NCBI GenBank assembly: GCA_965603825.1
Contig: CBFDEM010000063.1
Coordinates: 1-64,000 of the forward strand
DNA length: 64,000 bases
Direction of reading: 5' to 3'
From: Blepharisma stoltei ATCC 30299
Lineage: Eukaryota; Protista; Ciliophora
Shown here one piece after another: positions 39,245 through 52,620 of this stretch (position 1 is the first letter of the stretch; every line of letters begins with the position of its first letter). The notes beneath the pieces are model-generated. The model saw only the letters and a program-made list of their open reading frames with translations. It was not told where the DNA came from and did no database searches. The position numbers were made by a program, and so were the translations under genes.

Positions 39245-41245
39245 TTATAGTGATATTATTTTCGCTGAAGAAATTCTATGGTTTTTTTCTTTTTTTAGCC
39301 TTGATGCATGCTTTGATTTTCGCTTTTTTATTTTTATCAGACTTTGCTGAGAATTGGTGTTTGTCGTGCTTTTTGGAGACATCAGGGATTGAGTTGATGG
39401 ACTTTGCAGGCAATCTGAAGCAGGAAGGATTTCAAATCATTCATCAGGCAATGGGTCGCAAGTTGTATAATCTGAAGGAGGCAAATAGACCCCATGAAAT
39501 GGCCTCAGCTTTAATTCAGATACTTTATGCCCCACATCTCATATAATTCCAATGTTTGCTCTTAACATAGGACCTCCCATGTTTTGATAATAAGTCTTCT
39601 TTATTACAAAGGGGCTTTCAAAGTCTTTTAATATCAAACTTGTATGTCCAATTTCTTCGTTATCTGAGACAAGTCTTACAAGAATGCTAGGATTTTTATT
39701 TAGAAAGTGGCAAAACGAATTTCTACCATTACTAAAAAAATAAAAAAGCCTCAGTTTTTGGATATTTAAAACCCCATCTTTAGGGGTCTTTATCTTGAAT
39801 TTATGGGTTTCCCCTAAAAATTCATATTCTATATAATAAGAATTTTTTAGCTGAAATTTGTCACCACATTCATTTAATTCAGAAAATACAAGTAAAACAC
39901 GAAACTTATCAAGAGAATAAAATCTATTTCGGGATGTAGGGTCATCTTTTATTACACGAAGTGAAACCTCAGGGATTAATTCATATTCTTGAGGAGGCGG
40001 ATCTTCATGCTTTGTTGGTATTCCTAAAGCTCGGCCAAATCTCTGCTCAAGTTCTTTAAGCACTTGTGTTTCTGTATAAAGTTTAAAACAATAGTCACAA
40101 ACATGGTAATTTTGATATAAAGTCGCTTCATCAATATGCCGATACTCTTTATTTTCCAGTCACGATACGATTTTTCCCCTTCTTCTTAGGTGCTCTTCCA
40201 TCTCAAAAATCATTTTCAACGTAAGTTCATGACTAAGCCACTCATATCCAACATGACAAAATTCGCATCTTTTGAGTTTTTTATACTCGACCAAGCCTTT
40301 TTGTGATTTTTGGTCAAATCTATCATCATCCATACTCTGAGGCAAAAAAATATCTATTTGTGGAATAATATTATTTATAACTTTAAAGGCTTTCACATCA
40401 ATCATTCACCACATATCGCCTTCATCTTTAATAAAATCACATACAAATTCTTCAAAATTTATTTTCAGCATCCTTTCTAAATATAGCAGCATCTTTCCGA
40501 TAATAGCAGAAGTTTCGTCAACGAATTTTCCTCCTTTGACTTGAACAATATTAGAGTTTTCATCAGTTAAATAGCCTCCTTGTGGCATTGCTGAAGGATT
40601 AGTGATAAGTCAGCAATATGGCCTTTTGCCTATCTGCACCACAGTTCTGCAGATAAATGCTTTGATGCCTCGACATTTAATGAATTTTTGTAAGCATCAT
40701 TTATCACGGTCACGCTTCTGGGAAACTCTTATCATTTCTTTAAGCTCGTCAGCAGTTACTACAGTTGCAGTATTTCCGGTAACTCTTCCCAATTTATGGT
40801 CGTAATATTGCTTTTTACTTACTCCAACTGGTGTATTTCCGGATAAATTTCTACCAATTTTGTCAATGATATCTTTTTCTGCGAAGTTTTCGATTCTGCA
40901 GACTTCACCTTCTAGGTCAGAATAAATCCAATAAGGTCTATCAGTATCATTATAAACAATTGTATCTGGGACTCACAGCTGTAACTTCCGTCGGATTCCT
41001 TGTAATCTAGGGTGAGCACTAAGAAATTTAAAAAAAGAGCACGTCGGACCAAAATCATATGTATATTCATAGCCTGGACCTAAACAGTTGACCTTTTCAG
41101 TCAAGATTTGTCTAGATTTTTCTTTAAATGCAGAACCTTGCAGTTGTGTAAGAGGGATGTTTGACTTATGAAGAGCAAACTCTTCATTTTCATCAGATTT
41201 TTGTTTGCCAAAAGCTTGATGATCAAAAGCTTCTTGGAAATACAT
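39245..41245 (-). CDS. Hypothetical protein, 666 aa (CxxC pairs, possible C2-like C-terminal domain)
   Basis: Four ORF pieces in one frame joined by TGAs; ends TAA at 39245. Confidence 0.8.
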
Positions 41246-42132
41246 TTCACTTAGTTGCTGTATTTCAGATATTGATTTGATATTTCGTATTTTAATTTAT
41301 TGTAAGGTTAATTTAATATGGGAAAACAAATCACATAACTGATATGAGAGAAGTTTATTTAAAATTTGAATTTATAAAGATAGATGCAATTATTATATAA
41401 AAACAATTATTATAATAGCGAAATATGCTTTAATCCGTCTATATTTCGCACTTAGATAGTTCATATGGATTTTTGGTATACAAACTGAGAATATATTCTG
41501 AAAGATCATTTCATATTTCTTTAGATATAATTGGAATATTATCACTAAGCATATTCAGAATTCTAATTTATTTATATTTTCTAGCATTAAATCAAATCAT
41601 TATCAGATATTCTGAATCAATAATTAAATGACTGCTCAAAATAAATTTCATATTTCCATTGAGTAACTTAGCCCAAATCTAAAAAAATGGCAAGTATTTT
41701 TCATTAAAACTTAGATGTCAATTTAATTCATGGCTTTGATTGCATGTTATCATAAAATTGGTATTCATTTGAAAACTTACAATATAATAAAGTTTTGTTT
41801 CCACTAAAAGAGTCCTCATAAGGTCTAATATATCATGACAGAGAATATTCTTCTATTTCTTTTAGATTTTCATATGGCCAAGGCATTCAATTAGTAATAA
41901 TTCAGGTTTTGAAAAAGTGGATTATGAAAAATAAGTATTGCCTTCGAATTAGGACATAAAAAAGGGGTTTCAAGTCTATATAGTGATATAAAATCTATGT
42001 GAAAGTATTTAATGGTATGCTATGGCTTATAAGCACGTTTGAATTTTCTTAAAGAATTTTTAAAGGCCTTAAATTCTCCTTAATATTACAAATAATAAAT
42101 CTATTAAACTTTAAGTCTACTTATTAAAATAT

Positions 42133-43077
42133 TTAAAGCGCCATTTTTGTGTACTGATTAAACCACTCAAAAATAGTCATATAAAGCGTCGTAGCTGGAG
42201 CAGCCTTCACAACGCACACAAAGAATCCTCGATAAAATCCTAAAACCCCTTCTCTTTTAACTATATCTGCCACACATTGCCTATAACTAGAATATCCAGC
42301 TTCATACCCTCTAGCCCCGCTCACTTGCATTTTCGCTTTAATTGTTTCTAAAGGATATACCAAAAACTTCGAAATTCCTGTTGCCACACTTGCAACCCCA
42401 AAAAAATCCAAAATTCAATAAGGATAATTCCATTTCATTACATTATAATATTCATTTATTCCTAAAAATGCTTGCTTTTGTGTAGTAAAATAATAATCAG
42501 CTAATAAATTAAATGTATAAGTTGACAGTCCTAAATAAGGAACAAGGCCTAAAAACGTTATAATTGAGCCTTTATAAAAGCCTTTTATTCCTTCTTCATT
42601 AGATATTTTTTTAAAACAATCAATGACTCCTTTATAGTTCCTTGTGTCTCTTTTAGAGCTTAAGTCAGTCATAAGTCTTGTTCTTATAATATCTAATGGA
42701 TAAGTTGATAGTAAAGAAACTCCTGAAGAAATCCCACTAGTCATCATTTCTCATACAAAGCTGCCTTGATTTTTTGTTATACGATTTCTAAGCCATAAAT
42801 GAAAATGCAGCCTAATCGTAGTTCTTGGTAAAATATTGATAATGGTTGCGAAATTGCCTCTCCAAATGGCTCTTATGCCCTCACGTGACCTGACATTTCA
42901 GAGGAAATTAAACATCCCATTATATTTTTCATTTGCCGGCAGCTTATTTAAGCTTTGTGACTGTAAAATCAGTTGGATCCTATCAAGAGGAGAGACAAGT
43001 GTTTTTGAGATTATTCCTGTAGCAATTCCAAATGCTGAGGCTATAGTAGAATTTTTCGTATAGTCTTCTTTTGCCAT
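42133..43077 (-). CDS. Mitochondrial carrier (SLC25) protein, 314 aa
   Basis: Three Px[DE]xx[KRQ] signatures (SPLDRIQ, YPLDIIR, YPLETIK); EGIRAIWRGN, EGIKGFYKG and EGVLGFYRG. Confidence 0.93.
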
Positions 43078-43205
43078 TAGAATTTTTATTATTAAATCAT
43101 AGGAAGTTAGGTTTTTGGCACTTAAGCCTCATTGTTGAGCTATTAATTATAAAATACTAAAAATCCTATTATTTAAAATAATTTTTAATTTTAATAATAA
43201 ATACC

Positions 43206-44018
43206 ATGAGAATTCTGAAAGATTTTTGTGGAATTTTGATATGTATTATTGTTTACACAATCATTATACTTGTAGCTTGCGGGGTTATTTTTCTAGCAAT
43301 TAAGCCTATTTCTGATGAAGGTTACTTTGATTTTGACTTGATGGTTGGAATTTATTTGCCATTCTTAGTCTTATCACTAACATCACATTTTGCATGCATG
43401 GTAACTGATCCAGGGATTTTAAATAAACAAAACACGGTAGAAATTTATAAAAGTTTGCTGGAAGAAGATAATAAGGAAAATGTATGCACTTACTGCAATG
43501 TGTGAAAACCTCCGAGAACCCATCATTGCATGACTTGTAGGTCGTGCATCCTTAACATGGATCATCACTGCCCATGAGTGAATAACTGCATTGGCTTTTA
43601 TAATCAAAAATATTTCCTGCTCTTTTTGGTATATACACTTATCGGAGTTATTATATCTGAAGGATTTCTCTTTTGCAAAGTATTAGCAAACACTATTGAA
43701 GGAATAGAAAAATCACGATTTGAAGCCTTTTTTTTAACATTTACTATAGTGGTAGCTGGCGTATTTTTTTTGATGATCAGTTCTATTCTGAGTGATCAAA
43801 TTAAAGCAATAGTAAACAACACATCGGGAATTGATGTCTTGCAGCACAAAAATTTTGTAAAGGTAATTGATATTTAGCGGCCTTTATATGTAAATTTACA
43901 AGAAATTTTTGGGGGCAAGTTGTCACCGTTATGGCTTATTCCAACTCCAATAAGCGGAAAACCTAAAAAAGTGGTAGAGAGAGGCTATGAAGCTCCAAAG
44001 ACTCAGGATAATTCATAA
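43206..44018 (+). CDS. DHHC palmitoyltransferase, one intron
   Basis: CTYCNV[W]KPPRTHHCMTCRSCILNMDHHCP[TGA=W]VNNCIG; four TM segments; TAA at 44016. Confidence 0.95.
43863..43877 (+). other. 15-nt spliceosomal intron
   Basis: GTAATTGATATTTAG; in-frame TAG. Confidence 0.92.
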
Positions 44019-44285
44019 TGCGTTTAGAGCATCCATGATAGGATAATAAATTAACTTACTGTTTCAGACCGATCTTAATAGCATAAAATAATTACTGATG
44101 AAACTCTGATAATTTTATATATTAAAAGATATTCTCAGCTTATATTTGTTGAAGCAGAATAAATGAATCATTTTTAATTTCAATCAAAACGATTCAGTAT
44201 AAAATAATTTTCCTGCATCATTATTCCCGTTTATTCTTTATAGTCTCATTTCATATTGATTTTCCATCAGATCTAATAAATTTTA

Positions 44286-47200
44286 ATGGCTTCCAGAGTT
44301 GACACTTGGTGGGCAAATTCCTATCCAGATTGCTCTATCAAAAACTTCGAATCCATGCCAGTATTCCATAGATTCAGAGATACAAATAGAAGGCCATTTG
44401 TAAGGGGTGATGAGAACTATAAAGAAACGCTGTGGAGAGTCGACAATTGCGATATTTTCGAGTGGTTTGACCGTGCCAAGAAAACTGGCGAAAAATTCGG
44501 TCACGATAGAAATTCAGATACCTGGTTTTATGAACATTGGTATATGGAAGGAGATATTCATGTTGTTGTGAAAACTTGGTTGAGGAGACCTGAAGAATGG
44601 GGACAAGTCATTCGATACTTCCCAGACTATGAAATTCATATCTCTTGGAATCTTTCAGGAAACACCAAAACCTATGAAGAAATCCAAATAGACCCAAATG
44701 CCAGAAAAGGTCTTCGTGAAGGACTTAGAAACACTCAATTTGGAGTCGAAAATTTTTCTGAAGCTTTTTGGGACTCACTTGACAGCTCTGGCCTTGAAAA
44801 AAATTGGAAAAGAGGTACAGCACAAGGCGGAGAAAAAGAGTACAAAAAAGGACCTGCAAAGTCAGGAGAAAGCTGAATTGAAGATAAAGACTACTACGAA
44901 AAAAGAGAGTGGAAAATCGAAGGCACTAAAAATACTGGAGTCTTCAAAGGAAAAAAAGGAGCCAAAACATGGGAAGAAAAATGGGACCAAGATACTGACC
45001 ATGATATTGATGATAAATCCTGGACTGAAGGATCCAGACAATGGGGTCTATTAAAAACAAAAAGACCAGACCAGCAATTTAAGCTTGAATGGGAAGGGGA
45101 CCGCCCAGTAATCGGAGGTTCTGGCGAAGACGGATACGTTAAAGGAAGACTCGTCCTAAAACTAGCTGAAGTCTATAGAAATATCAAAGAGCATATTAAC
45201 AGCTCTCATGAGACTTTAGAAGAACTAGCAGCTGAAGCCCCATCTCTAGCCCCAGAGGTCAATAAAGCCACTCAACAACTAAATTCTTGGACTGACCCAG
45301 ACTTCGACGACCCAGACTCCATTATGCAGAAAATCAATGACTTCAATAAATTTGACTCACAATTAGAAGACTTAAAACTAAAAGCCCATGAAATTGCAGC
45401 TAGTGAAAGAATAGAGCTTAAACATTTAGAAGAAATTTATAGTAACTGCGACAGCTCTGCAAACTCTTTGCTTCCTCTAATAAAACCTGAAAAGGCAGCA
45501 CCATTTTATCATGAAAGAGAAGATATCCTAAGGAGCAAAAAAAGTGCGAAAACTGCAAAAGACTTGTATAGGATCGTTCATAAGTATCAGGGATTTTCGA
45601 ATTATTTGATTACGCTGATTGGAGCTAGTTCAAATGAAGATGAAGATGAGTCTTTGGAAGAAACTATGAAAATTAATAAAAAACTAGAAAACGTGCTAAA
45701 AGAGTTTTCTGAAGTCCTGAAAAGCTCAAGCACAACTTTATCACAAATTGAATCAAACTTCAAGCCTAACGACGAAGTAGCCCAACATATAATTGCAAGC
45801 CAGAATGTCAGACTCCACGAAATAAGCCATGGAATTGAGACAGGACAGCGGTACAACATCATTTTAGACCAAGTCCAAAAACTCCTCAAAGACCAAGAAA
45901 ACTTCAAAAGGGAACTTATGAGTGAAGAAATTCCAAGCCAGCTCATTGAAATCCACAAGCTTCAAGAATTCGTCAGCAAAGAGCTCGCTAAAGCTTTAGA
46001 TCATCCTGAACTAGAATCTCTTAAAAAAGTCAATGAAGAAGAGCTTATCCCCAGAATTTTTCCATTGGTAAATCACAATAAAAGACAAGCCAATTTAATT
46101 AGAGCACTCTCTATGAGACTGTTCGGAATTGATGAAGCCCCAGAAGATATCACTGAAGACACTGAAGAAATATATAAATCTATTAAAAAAAGAAAGCCAG
46201 GAGAAGCCATTTTGCCGATCGACACAATTGCTTTGCTTAAATTTATCAGATTTAATGGGCAAGAAGAACAGAAAATCAAGGCACAAGCAATTGAGCATCT
46301 AAAAGAGGTCCTGGAAACTGACGAAGAAAAAGAATTTGCCCAATCTTTGGTGGACAGAGGAAATGAGTCAATTTCTGGGCAAACCCCTGATAATGCAACA
46401 GACGCACTGACTGAAATTAAAGGAGTTTTGGAAGAATATCTGCAAGCTTCATCTGACCAAATTACATTTATTGAAGACATCCTTGGAAAAACCATAGAAA
46501 AAGATGAAGGAAAATCAAAGAAACCTGGAAAAGGCAGACAAGTTAAAGTGAGGTCGAAGAAAGGAGGAAACGACATCGACATCACCGAAAAAGCTACCAA
46601 AGCTCTCAATGACTCTTATGATACCATAGTTGGCTATTCTTACATAATCCACGGAAATCGCCCACATATCCAAGAAAAATTAGACCAGCTAGCTCACTAC
46701 AAGCAATTAGTATCAGATAAGCTAAATGAAGAAAGAACAACAGCAGACACCGTCGAAGACATTTTTGGCCTCCTCGGTGAGTACGAAAAAGAAAAAAGAG
46801 ACATCATAACGAGTTCTGACCTCTTCAAAAACCTATTTGAAATTTTGGATAAAACTGATAAACTGATCCAGCATGATGCAAAAATATTTAATTCGCCAAT
46901 CCCAAGTGAAGTTGATGAAATTAAGGCGAGAAAGCAAGCAGAAGATTTGAATGATTTGGTTAAAAGGATCAAATATTTCATAAATGTGGTGTTAAGAATG
47001 ACTGGGATTTCTGAGGAGTCAGAAAACTATGAAGAAGTTATGGATAAGCTGAAGAAACAGCATACAGCTTCATTACCATTTAAACCTGAGGATTTGCTTC
47101 ATTCTCTTAGAACTAAAAAAGATAAGGATTTAGAAGTATTAAAATTCTTAGGCTTATTAGTAGGCAGCGATGAAGTACTTGGTGAATGCCAAGCGTTAAT

Positions 47201-50200
47201 AAAAGAAGCTAGAGACTCGATTAACGACCATGAGCCTGAAACTTCTGAACAAGCCTTAGAGTTTATTGAAGAACATTTGTCAACCTACCCATCATTAGAA
47301 TCTTCTGTAAACACCAAAACCAAGCAACTTCTTGATGCTTTGCTGAAAAGATTAACAAATTCTGACCCTAATGAAAAAGATTTCGAAATGCTGCAAAATA
47401 CCATTGAAGTCCTGAATTTAACCTCCAAAAAATTGTTGAAGTCAGGAAACGAAGAAAGCGACAGATTGGAGTCTAAAAAAGAACAGACCCCAACTGAGCC
47501 TTCAGAGGTCATTCCTTATTTAATTAGCTTAATTTCAGATTGGGCCAAATTAAACCTAAAATTAGTAGCTGAAAAGACTGGAAACAAAGTCACAGAAGAG
47601 GAGCACAATGAAATTAAAAAATCAATTGCAAAGCTTATGAGGGCAAACCCACTGGCGAAAATCAGAGAAATCCAGCCATTCTTCGCCGCGCCTGACACAA
47701 ATGATATGGTAAGCATGATCGTTTTATTAGATAAAGCAATCGAAATTTTACCATCAACTTCACGTGAAAGCAACAAAAAAGCATACAAGCAATGCAAAAA
47801 AGCCTATAAAGAGCTCCAAACCCTTCAGCCCCATGAAGTAGGAGAACTTGGCAATAAATATTCAACGTTACTAATCCAATTATTAGAAGAGTACCTCAGC
47901 AAGCCAATAGGAGAATTTCTGAAAGAAATTGAAAAAGAGAAAATAGCTATATTAGAAGAGCGAAAAAATGGCAAACCAATATCAACTCATGGGTGGGATG
48001 AAATATTGAAGGGCTCTGGGATTGATATAGACGTTGACAGCATGTCTTCTCTAATAGATAAAGAACAAATGACAGCTCTACCTTTAATAAGCAACATCGT
48101 AAAATACTTCGGCACAGAAGAGAGCAAAATAGTAGAAGAAAAACTGAAAAAAGCATCAGAGGACGTTTTAAATGAAGAAGACAAGAGCAAAATAGAAAAA
48201 TACATCAGTCTCAGACTGGAGCAGACCAAATTTTTGTCAGGCTTAAATAAAAATATTGGAACCATTGGAGAAAGATTAAGAGAGATGGACGCTGAAAAAT
48301 CAAGAACTGTCAAAGCGGCAATATCAGAAACCTTGATACTAATTGGAAGCAGTGATCAAAGCTTGCTTGACAGAGTTAACGCCTTACAAGAAACAGAAGC
48401 GTCTTGTTCTGAAGAAGAGTCTACTAACTTGGGCAATCTCGTCATCAGATACGTAAAGCGAAACACTATAGAAAAAGAGCTGCAAAAAATTAGAGAACAA
48501 TGCAAGCCTCAAGACAACTCAGAAGCGGAAATGATTGAAAAACTCAGAGAAATTGAGACACGTGAATATAAAGCCTTGAAGACTTCTTATTCGACATTGC
48601 AGAATATGGTAACCCACCTGAACCCTGCAGCTATTAATGACTTATCGTCTATAAAATCTCTGACTGACCTTTCTGACATAGCTTCTACTATTCCTTCACT
48701 GATCAGCTCTATTATGATAGGTATAGAAAACTCTGAAACTATTGAGCAGCGTAAACAAGAACTGTTATCCCAAGGCCCACTTAAAGCAAAGCTTGAAATC
48801 CTGCTGAAACTTCTAGTAGAGTGTTCAAATAGTGATAACTCAGAAACTGATAATGTCTTTTCTGGGCTGTTTAGACTATGCGGCTCATCTGAAGATAAAG
48901 CCAAATTCAAAGAACTCAAAGAAAGCAAGTCCCTCCAGCTGCTAGATCCACAAACCTTGTGGGAATTGATTGACACCATTGATATTTCTCTAAACAAATC
49001 TCTGCCAAAAAGACTAGAGCAAAGCAATTTGCAGAATAAATTAGTAAAAAGTGCTGGAAGCTTAAGAGATTCTGCTGATGAAATTGATATTCAGACTGAA
49101 GATCTAGTAAAAAAAGCTATCAGAGAAATCGCAAACACAATAAGTGCTGACGACACCAGGACAAGAGAAAATTTCAATAAGCTGAAAAAAACTTTTGATG
49201 ATATTGAAGCAATTTCTCCTGTCAATATCCCTGAAGTAAACGATAAAACAGTTAAAAGGCTTGAGCAATGGGAAAAATTAGAAAGATTGAGAAGAGAAAT
49301 AAGGGAAAGGATGACCAAAGATATCAACAAGCTTAAAGGAGACATACAAGAAAAACTCAACGAAATAGAGTCAGCAAGAGCAGTCAGTGAGGCCAAAAAA
49401 ATCCAATATGAAGCCCAACTTCATTTCCTACAGACTTCTGCAGACCAGAATGCTCAATTAGTAGAGAAACTGACACAGGAATCCTCTGAAAAAGAAAAAG
49501 TGATTTCTGAGCACAAAATCAAAATTGCAGAGCTAGAAGCGAAATTAGAAGAAATTAATGAAGATTTCAGGAAAAGCGAAGAAGAGCTGGAAGACAGCAA
49601 TAAAGAACTGCGGAATATAAGGAAAGCTAATAAAGAAAAAGACAATCAAATCAGAGAGCTGCAGGGCTCACTTGACGGATATGAGAGGAGTTCTCGTCAA
49701 AGCTTCCAAGGCGACAAAGAAAAAGCTGAGCTATTAGATACATTAAAAGCCCAATTAAGCGCAGCCAGAGATGAGCTAGCCAGCAGAGCCAAGCAATGTG
49801 ACGAACTAGATGACAGCCTAAAATCCACCCAGCGAGAAGTACAAAAAGCCTTAAATGAAAAAGCTGAGCTAGAAAAAACAATTGGAGAAATGAGAGGAGA
49901 AATTAACGAGATGAAGCTAAATATCCTCAAATTAGAAACCACAAAGAACGAGCTCGAAGAAAAGGTCAAGCTTGGAAATGTGGCCAATCCAGAAGAAATC
50001 GCTCATCTTGAAAGGTATTTAGAAGACAAAGACAAAGCATTATCAGAGCTAGAAGAACAGCTAGAATATGCGAAAAAATATCAGCAGCTTTATTTATTAA
50101 TTAAAGATGAAAAAGATGAGCTCGACAGTAAGACGAGGACCCAGGAGATTGATATTGAAGATTTACAAAGAAAAATCAAAGAGCTGACTGCTGAAAATGA

Positions 50201-51965
50201 ACAATTAAAATACAAGACCAGGCAGCTTGACAAATTAACTAAAGAAGTCGCTGCATACCAAAAAGAGACCCAGAAGCTGCAAAATAAGATTAATTATTTA
50301 GAAGAGTTCAGCGGGGAAAGCTCAGGCGATATCCAAGAAGCCATCAATAAAATGACTGCAGAAGTAAGCAGCAGAGATGCTCAAATTTTAGATTTGACTA
50401 ATGAAATTGAAGAGCTTAAAGCAAAATATGATGATTTAGAAAAAAGGCACCAGCTAGCTATGAATAGAAACTTCTTAATCCGCCTCTGCAACTCCTTCAA
50501 AAACAAGCAAAACCAATATTTCAAGAAATGGCAGCACAAGCTAAAAGAACCTAAATCAGAAGGTGTTGACGAAATTACCTTTAAAGAAGTCACTGTCGTA
50601 ATGGATGAAGATTTACCTGAGTCTGAAAAAGCTGTCTTTGAAGACGCCAATAAAGAAATTGCAAACGAAGACCGCAAACTGATAGAAAATAACATCATTA
50701 TAGAGTCTTTACGTAGCTGTGGGTTTGGCAATGAAAAGCCTATGAGTTATCTTAACTTGTTTAAGTTCCTTGAAGAACTCATGGACAAGAAATTCGAAAC
50801 TGACAAAAAAGATCTTGCAGAGCGCAGACAGCCTCGCACTATGACGGAATTTTTAATGGAGCATTTAAATAGGTCATTCGGGATTCAAAAACTTGCACTA
50901 AAACAATTAGCAAGCTTAATCCCAGCGCTGAAGCAGCTTTTCGACGAAGGGCACAAATATGCTGAATTTTATTGCAGACTGTTCCAGATTTTCCACCCTG
51001 AGCCGGCTAATTATAACCTTTCTATTTATTTGGCAAAAGCAAGAGTAAGTTTCCAGCCACTTACTGATAAATTAGATAAAACAAGGGCTTTACAAAATAA
51101 AGGAAAAACTGCAACAGCAGGAAAGACTCATGGGCGCGCTGCTTATGATGCTGCAGGAAGTGGAGGGTTCGCGTTATTAAATGATGTGATTGAGTTGTTA
51201 TATTCAATGTTTTCTTTTGATAGAGAAAGCGGGACACTTGCATTAGAATTAATTAAGCCTGAGTCAGTCAGTGATGAAGATTTTGTAGCTTATAAGATTT
51301 GCCATAAGATGGCTAAGCTAGGTAAGACCCCTGAGGCGATATTTAATATGCTTGATAAAGATGCTGGCGGTACCATCGACGTAAACGAATTTATCACAGG
51401 AACAAGAGACGACCTCGACTTATGGATCACTGATAAAGTAGTTGGAAAATTCATGGCTAGCTTAGCTGGCAATGAAAACGGCGAAATTTCTAAAGAAACT
51501 TTCATGAAAAAAATCAACATGAAAAATCTTATGGAATGGAATAGAAGTGACGACTGGGTCGTCACAAAGGCTTCCTTTTTAAATGCCCTTGTAGACGTAT
51601 TTAAAGCGAAGCAAAGAAAAGATACCACTTTCTTGTACTCAGAATTTGAGCAGTTTAGCAGCCAAACTATTAATAAAGACCAGTTTTCAGAGCAACTGTT
51701 GAAATATGATAAGCTGTTAACTATGGAGAGACTTAATGACTTGTATGAAGAAGCCAAAAGTGGCTCTGATGATGTATCAGTCCATGGGTTTGTGAAAGTT
51801 ATAATGAAATATGGGATTGGCGGCTATGGACTTGGAGCTTTTATGATTCGAGAACTTTTAGAGACGCTTTCTTCAAGAGCTTTTTATGTAGACGCGAATT
51901 TAGATGAGAAGAGAACGACTGAAGCTAAAAGAAAAGAAACTAGAAAAAGCTCTAAAAAACCTTAA
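44286..51965 (+). CDS. Giant 2559-aa protein: Trp-rich N-terminal domain, helical rod, long coiled coil, C-terminal EF-hands
   Basis: ORF 44286-44876 continues through a single TGA in frame into the 2213-aa ORF; EF loop DKDAGGTIDVNE. Confidence 0.9.
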
Positions 51966-51999
51966 TTAATCTAAATTAATTGGTAATGGTGAATTAATT

Positions 52000-52620
52000 T
52001 TAATTAAATATACTCAGCTCTGTATCATTAAATGCTAAATCTTGTGTATTTATTGTAATTGATCTGGAATTTTTTGATAGCTCTATTGCGGTTTCTGAAG
52101 AAAATTTGGCATGCGTTGAGGAAATTGGGTTTCCATAAATAGCAAAAGATTTATTTTGGATCCAATTTTGGCTTAATAAAAGCTCGTATAATGAGAAATG
52201 GCAATGGATCATTATATACAGAGGAAAATTGTTCCTTTCTCTAATAAACTCACCTTCATTAACTTTTACTCCTAGAGAATTCAGATATAAAATCTCATCA
52301 TCGCTATAGGCAGGATCATATAACTCTGACTCGCCATTCCCAATTTCTTGGCTTAAGGCTTCAAATAGAGCTTGCTGTGTACAAGGATATAAGGATGAAG
52401 AAAAATTTCCAAGCCCAATTCCTATAATTTGGACTTTATGACTATTCAATGCATATGAAAATTGCTGTATAAAATCACTTCTAAGCATAGATGATTTAGC
52501 AGTTGCGATTCTATCAATAAATGAGCTTAAAAATATTTTTGGAGGGTTGCAAGCAGTTTTTACTTTGTGACTTTTTAGCTTTTTTCTATTTCCTTTAGTT
52601 ATGACTTCCCAATCTCCCAT
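52000..52620 (-). CDS. SRR1-like protein (SRRD family), 206 aa
   Basis: GIGLGNFS, LYDPAYS, IMIHCHFSLYELLLSQNW, IYGN and AFNDTEL motifs. Confidence 0.87.
   Translation of the reverse strand: MGDWEVITKGNRKKLKSHKVKTACNPPKIFLSSFIDRIATAKSSMLRSDFIQQFSYALNSHKVQIIGIGLGNFSSSLYPCTQQALFEALSQEIGNGESELYDPAYSDDEILYLNSLGVKVNEGEFIRERNNFPLYIMIHCHFSLYELLLSQNWIQNKSFAIYGNPISSTHAKFSSETAIELSKNSRSITINTQDLAFNDTELSIFN

Noticed and set aside
39040-39546. 168-aa plus-strand ORF
   Set aside because: Antisense to two well-supported minus-strand genes
44698-45054. 118-aa Lys-rich ORF in an alternative plus frame
   Set aside because: Out-of-frame shadow; the main frame reads through the TGA at 44874
45602-51757. Many minus-strand ORFs opposite the giant gene (likewise opposite 20891, 23064, 27334, MCM8 and VPS13)
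   Set aside because: Ser/Phe/Leu-rich antisense shadows of Glu/Lys-rich coding sequence, with no recognisable motifs
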